Shown piece after piece: positions 20,247 to 24,000 of a stretch of 24,000 nt of DNA (position 1 is the first letter of the stretch; each line of letters begins with the position of its first letter). Origin of the DNA: an uncultured Candidatus Izemoplasmatales bacterium. GTDB lineage: Bacteria > Bacillota_I > Bacilli_A > Izemoplasmatales > Hujiaoplasmataceae. The stretch lies in NCBI GenBank assembly GCA_964611005.1, contig CAZSZZ010000001.1, forward strand, positions 1 through 24,000, given 5' to 3'. The position numbers and the translations under genes are program-made. The notes under the pieces were generated by a model, which was given only the letters and a program-made list of their open reading frames with translations, was not told where the DNA came from and ran no database searches.

Positions 20247-20262
20247 AAAAAAATTCGCTTCT
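20247..20262 (-). terminator. 3' part of a strong terminator hairpin; full element is 20247-20280
   Basis: Stem AAATTCGCTTCT (20251-20262) / AGAAGCGAATTT (20269-20280), perfect 12 bp, with a 7-nt A run on + (U-tract on -) at 20247-20253. Confidence 0.9.
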
Positions 20263-20333
20263 TATTATAGAAGCGAATTTAGGAAGGGTAAGTGTTATAA
20301 TAACACTTTCAGGGAAATGCAACTTGCGTTGCG
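20247..20333 (-). ncRNA. Candidate ~87-nt small RNA with three hairpins and C-rich linkers
   Basis: Own promoter upstream; hairpins GCAAC-GCAA-GUUGC, AAGUGUUA-UUA-UAACACUU and the terminator; linkers AUUUCCCUGA and ACCCUUCCU. Confidence 0.6.
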
Positions 20334-20338
20334 TTATC

Positions 20339-20367
20339 ATAATAACATAAGTATATAAAACTGTCAA
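20339..20367 (-). promoter_or_regulatory. Near-consensus promoter driving the candidate sRNA
   Basis: Minus strand TTGACA (20367-20362), 17-nt spacer, TATTAT (20344-20339), located after the topA stop codon. Confidence 0.75.
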
Positions 20368-20386
20368 TTGATGTTTTTGTGAAGAT

Positions 20387-22456
20387 TTATTTATGGTAAT
20401 TACAGTCTGGATTTATACAATAAATTTCATGTTTTTCATTTTCAACCACTACATTTCCACACTTAGGACAAAATTCATCTGTGACCTTCAAAGGAGAAAT
20501 ATATTTGCATTTTGGAAATGTAGAAGCTGCTAAAAATTTCTTGCCTTTATTTTTACCTTTTTTAGCCACTCTTACTACAAGGGTAGCTCCTTCACATTCA
20601 GGACACTTAACTAAAGTATCGAATACTTCAATTTTAGGTTTATTGTTATTAGGTTTAATGTATTTACATTTAGGATAATTAGAACATGCTTCAAATTCTC
20701 CGTACTTACTTTGTCTAAAAACCATAGGAGATCCGCAAATTGGACAGAGTTCACCAGTTTCTTTAGGTTTAATTTTTGTCATATTATTTTCAGCATTATT
20801 AATTAATGGCATAAAGTAATCATAAAAATCTTTAAGAACTCTACTGCGTTCATCTTCTCCTAGAGCTATTTTGTCTAATAATACTTCCATCTTTTTTGAG
20901 TAGTCAGGCCCGATAAATTCATGGAAAAACTCATCTAATTTTTTAATTGTTAAAATTCCTTGTTCAGTTGGATAAAACTTTTTTTCTTTATATACAACAT
21001 ATTTGCGTTTCTTTATTGTTTGAATTGTTTGTGCATAAGTTGAAGGTCTTCCAATCTCTAAATCTTCCATCTTTTTAATAAGAGACGATTCAGTATATCT
21101 CGCTGGTGGATTAGTAAATAATTGTTTAAAAAATACTTCATTAGCTTTTAAAGTATCTCCTTCTCTATATTTAGATAAATCTAAAAAAACTTCCTTATCT
21201 ATTGTTTCATATAATTTGTATATTTTTAAATATCCATCAAATAATTCTTTTGTACTACTTATTTTAAATTTAACTTTATTATTTTTTAGTAAAATAGAAG
21301 TAGTTTCGGTTTTTTTAGGTTTCATTAAAGAAGCCATAGCTCTGACATAAATTAAGCTATAAATCTTATGCTCTTGTGGAGTTAAATATTTTTTCATCAT
21401 TTTAGGTGTTCTATAAATATTTGTTGGACGAATCGCTTCGTGAGCATCTTGGATATTTTTATTTTGTTTTGATTTTCTATAATTGCCAAAATATTTAGCA
21501 CCAAATTCTCGTGTAACATATTCCTTAACTTCAGAAACAAATGAACTAGATAATCGTGAAGAATCTGTACGCATATAAGTAATTAATCCAACTGTTTCAT
21601 TACCTATATCTTTTCCTTCGTACAATGACTGAGCTAAACTCATCGTCTTTGTCGGAGAAAACCCATATTTGCTTGATGCTAATCTTTCTAAAGTAGAAGT
21701 TATAAATGCTGGTTTAGGATTTACAGTATTTATCTTAGAAGTTATTGATTCAACTTTAAATAATGTATTTAATGAATCAATGATTTCTTCAGCTTCTTTT
21801 TGTGTAGAAATTTTTGGCTTTTTATCGTTTATTTTAACTAGTTTAGCTTCAATTTTTTCAAATAAAGCATAAATTTCATAGTATTCCTCTATATTAAATT
21901 CTTTAATTTCATTTTCGCGATCAACAATAAGCTTTAAAACAGCGGATTGAACTCTACCTGCTGATTTTGATTTAATTTTTGATTGAAGAAGCTTTGAAAG
22001 CTTAAATCCAATAATACGATCTAATATCCTTCTCGTTTCTTGCGAGTTAACTAAATTTCTATTAATTTCTCCTGGATTAGAGAAAGCTTTTTTTATGGCA
22101 TCTCTAGTTATTTCATTGAAGACAACTCGATGAATACTTTGATTTTTAATGTTTAATGTCTCACTCAAATGCCAAGATATAGCTTCTCCTTCTCTATCGG
22201 GGTCAGTGGCAAGATACAATTCATCGCTTTCTTTTAAGGCTTTATTTAAATTATGTATTACTTTCTTTTTATCAGGCAATACAACATATTTTGGTTTAAA
22301 ATCATTTTCTACATCTACTCCTAATCCACCAGGACCAGCAATAGCCAAATCACGGATATGTCCAATAGAAGATTGAACTTGGTAATCTTCTCCTAAATAT
22401 TGTGCAATTGTTTTTGATTTAGCTGGCGATTCAACAATAACTAATTTTTTACTCAT
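20387..22456 (-). CDS. topA: DNA topoisomerase I (type IA)
   Basis: KKLVIVESPAKSKTIAQYLG, LATDPDREGEAISWHL, GLITYMRTDS, and C-terminal Zn-finger-like CPICG...CSNYPKC. Start revised from 22507 to ATG 22456 because the upstream part overlaps the promoter. Confidence 0.97.
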   Translation of the reverse strand: MSKKLVIVESPAKSKTIAQYLGEDYQVQSSIGHIRDLAIAGPGGLGVDVENDFKPKYVVLPDKKKVIHNLNKALKESDELYLATDPDREGEAISWHLSETLNIKNQSIHRVVFNEITRDAIKKAFSNPGEINRNLVNSQETRRILDRIIGFKLSKLLQSKIKSKSAGRVQSAVLKLIVDRENEIKEFNIEEYYEIYALFEKIEAKLVKINDKKPKISTQKEAEEIIDSLNTLFKVESITSKINTVNPKPAFITSTLERLASSKYGFSPTKTMSLAQSLYEGKDIGNETVGLITYMRTDSSRLSSSFVSEVKEYVTREFGAKYFGNYRKSKQNKNIQDAHEAIRPTNIYRTPKMMKKYLTPQEHKIYSLIYVRAMASLMKPKKTETTSILLKNNKVKFKISSTKELFDGYLKIYKLYETIDKEVFLDLSKYREGDTLKANEVFFKQLFTNPPARYTESSLIKKMEDLEIGRPSTYAQTIQTIKKRKYVVYKEKKFYPTEQGILTIKKLDEFFHEFIGPDYSKKMEVLLDKIALGEDERSRVLKDFYDYFMPLINNAENNMTKIKPKETGELCPICGSPMVFRQSKYGEFEACSNYPKCKYIKPNNNKPKIEVFDTLVKCPECEGATLVVRVAKKGKNKGKKFLAASTFPKCKYISPLKVTDEFCPKCGNVVVENEKHEIYCINPDCNYHK

Positions 22457-22477
22457 TTTATTCCTCATTTCATTATA

Positions 22478-22507
22478 ATAATATATACATTTTCTATTAA
22501 TTGTCAA
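22478..22507 (-). promoter_or_regulatory. Promoter of topA
   Basis: Minus strand TTGACA (22507-22502), 18-nt spacer, TATTAT (22483-22478), GAGG SD before the ATG. Confidence 0.7.
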
Positions 22508-22541
22508 CTGTTTTTATTTGAAAAAATTAGTGCTATTTTTC

Positions 22542-22563
22542 TAATAATATATATATATTATTA
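22542..22563. repeat. 22-bp perfect AT-only palindrome upstream of the topA promoter
   Basis: TAATAATATATATATATTATTA is its own reverse complement. Confidence 0.9.
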
Positions 22564-22568
22564 AGTTC

Positions 22569-22600
22569 AAAAAAAAGAATCTTATTTTTTAGATTCTTTT
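22569..22600 (-). terminator. Terminator after prmC
   Basis: AAAAGAATCT (22573-22582) / AGATTCTTTT (22591-22600), followed on the minus strand by a T run (8 T including stem bases). Confidence 0.8.
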
Positions 22601-22608
22601 AACTTAAT

Positions 22609-23463
22609 TTAAAAACCATTGATAACAAATGTCATTCTATCCTTATTTTGCATATCCTTCATTGTATAAACAAAAGCATTCGGAAAATATTTTAGGACGA
22701 TTTGTTTTAAATCTTTTGCTTTATCATAACCGTGCTCAAATGCAATAATCGATTGTGAATTTAAAATATCTAAAGCATTAGATAATATTTCGCGATAAAA
22801 TTTTAACCCATCTTCACCCCCAAATAAGGCAACATGTGGTTCATTATCAATAATAATATCATCAACTTCTTCTCTTTCAGGAATATATGGAGGATTTGAA
22901 ACAAGAATATCAAACTTGTCACCTCTAATAGGTTCTAACATGTTTCCTTTCAAGAATGTTACCGAAGCATTTAAATTATCAGCGTTTTGTTTCGCTACCT
23001 CTAAAGCTTCTTCGCTGATGTCAGTAGCAAAAACTTTAATATGATTAGGTTCTTCAAGTTGTAATGTAATTGCTAAACATCCAGAACCAGTACCCACATC
23101 TAATAATTTAATATTTTTATTTTCAAAGTATTTATCATATAAAATAAGAACATTAGCTACTAATTCTTCTGTTTCAAATCTTGGTATTAAAACCTTATCA
23201 TTTACAATGAATTTATAACCATAAAAATATACAAAACCCATAATATGTTGAACAGGTATATTTTTTTCTGCATATAGTTTAATAGCTTCAATAAATTCAT
23301 TATATTTATCTTTGGACATTTCTTTTTCATACATTATATATAAATCAGTCGGAGATAAATTCGAAAAATGCAGCAATAATAATTTAGCTGCACTTGATTC
23401 TTTATTGTTTTTTCTTAATATTTTATTAGCTTCTTTTAATGCTTTTTGGTAGGTGATTATCAT
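22609..23463 (-). CDS. prmC: Peptide chain release factor N5-glutamine methyltransferase
   Basis: [39 protein letters not shown] (NPPY motif). Confidence 0.96.
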   Translation of the reverse strand: MIITYQKALKEANKILRKNNKESSAAKLLLLHFSNLSPTDLYIMYEKEMSKDKYNEFIEAIKLYAEKNIPVQHIMGFVYFYGYKFIVNDKVLIPRFETEELVANVLILYDKYFENKNIKLLDVGTGSGCLAITLQLEEPNHIKVFATDISEEALEVAKQNADNLNASVTFLKGNMLEPIRGDKFDILVSNPPYIPEREEVDDIIIDNEPHVALFGGEDGLKFYREILSNALDILNSQSIIAFEHGYDKAKDLKQIVLKYFPNAFVYTMKDMQNKDRMTFVINGF

Positions 23464-24000
23464 TTTGATTCCAATTTCCTTTTTTGTTCTTCAGTAACTA
23501 AAGCTTCTATTATAGGATCTAATCTTCCATCAATTACTCTATCAAGTTGTTGAATTGTAAATCCAATTCTATGATCAGTAATCCTATTTTGCGGATAGTT
23601 GTAAGTTCTTATTTTTTCTGAACGATCTCCTGATCCTATTTTTGATTTTCGTGCTTCGCCTTCTTTTCTTAATTTTTCTTGTAAGAGTTTATCATAAAGT
23701 CTTGCACGAAGTATTTTTAGAGCAGAAGCTTTATTTTCATGTTGACTTTTACCATCTTGACATTGTGCTACTGTATTTGTAGGTAGATGAGTAACTCTAA
23801 CGGCCGACCTTGTTGTATTTACAGATTGTCCACCTGGTCCACTAGAATTAAATGTATCAACCCTCACTTCATCCATATTCATTTCAAAATCTATTTCTTC
23901 AGCTTCTGGTAAGACAACAACTGTAGCAGTTGAGGTGTGAATTCGTCCACTAGATTCTGTTTGAGGTACTCTTTGAACTCTATGAACTCCTGATTCATAT
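23460..24000 (-). CDS. prfA: Peptide chain release factor 1, 5' end outside the window
   Basis: Frame is open to position 24000: [74 protein letters not shown] motif; ends in TGA overlapping the prmC ATG. Confidence 0.98.
   Translation of the reverse strand, partial: YESGVHRVQRVPQTESSGRIHTSTATVVVLPEAEEIDFEMNMDEVRVDTFNSSGPGGQSVNTTRSAVRVTHLPTNTVAQCQDGKSQHENKASALKILRARLYDKLLQEKLRKEGEARKSKIGSGDRSEKIRTYNYPQNRITDHRIGFTIQQLDRVIDGRLDPIIEALVTEEQKRKLESK

Noticed and set aside
20247-20333. SRP (4.5S/6S-L) RNA located next to ftsY/ffh
   Set aside because: No GGAAGCAG-type helix-8 asymmetric loop/GNAR motif in the correct context on either strand, and three separate hairpins instead of one long rod.
20317-20358. 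Plus-strand mini-ORF ATG CAA CTT GCG … (MQLALRYHNNISI) inside the sRNA candidate
   Set aside because: Only 13 codons, SD-like AGGGAA is too close to the ATG, no plus-strand promoter seen, and minus-strand promoter and terminator explain the element better.
22457-22507. 17-aa N-terminal extension of TopA in the ORF track (MTINRKCIYYYNEMRNK)
   Set aside because: It overlaps the TTGACA/TATTAT promoter. The ATG at 22456 is preceded by GAGG and begins the conserved MSKKLVIVESPAKSK.

Overview
This is an AT-rich bacterial housekeeping segment, almost entirely on the minus strand. In genomic order it carries rpsB (partial), dut, the complete F-type ATP synthase operon (atpC-D-G-A-H-F-E-B-I-Z) with upp upstream, a GGDEF protein, tsaC/ywlC, an rnhB-HAD phosphatase in-frame fusion, rbgA, lepB, an ftsK/spoIIIE translocase with an uncharacterised membrane-protein partner, and one plus-strand Cof-type HAD gene. 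It continues with ffh, ylxM, ftsY, topA, prmC and prfA (partial). Content and order suggest a small-genome Bacillota/Mollicutes-adjacent lineage (inference), but TGA is used as a stop codon. I see no CRISPR array, mobile element, defence island or other clear novel multi-gene system. The observations most worth a second look are: (1) a candidate ~87-nt three-hairpin small RNA between topA and ftsY, with its own TTGACA-17-TATTAT promoter, a terminator and C-rich unpaired linkers; (2) a 427-aa RNase HII-HAD fusion with a strong internal Shine-Dalgarno/ATG and an A6 run at the junction; (3) a c-subunit with the Na+-ATP synthase ligand signature; (4) an FtsK-like translocase with no N-terminal membrane domain, translationally coupled to an unknown membrane protein; (5) a structured rpsB leader; (6) terminators built into the 3' ends of coding sequences, including the catalytic motif 5 of dUTPase. 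All calls were made by eye and no database or folding program was run.
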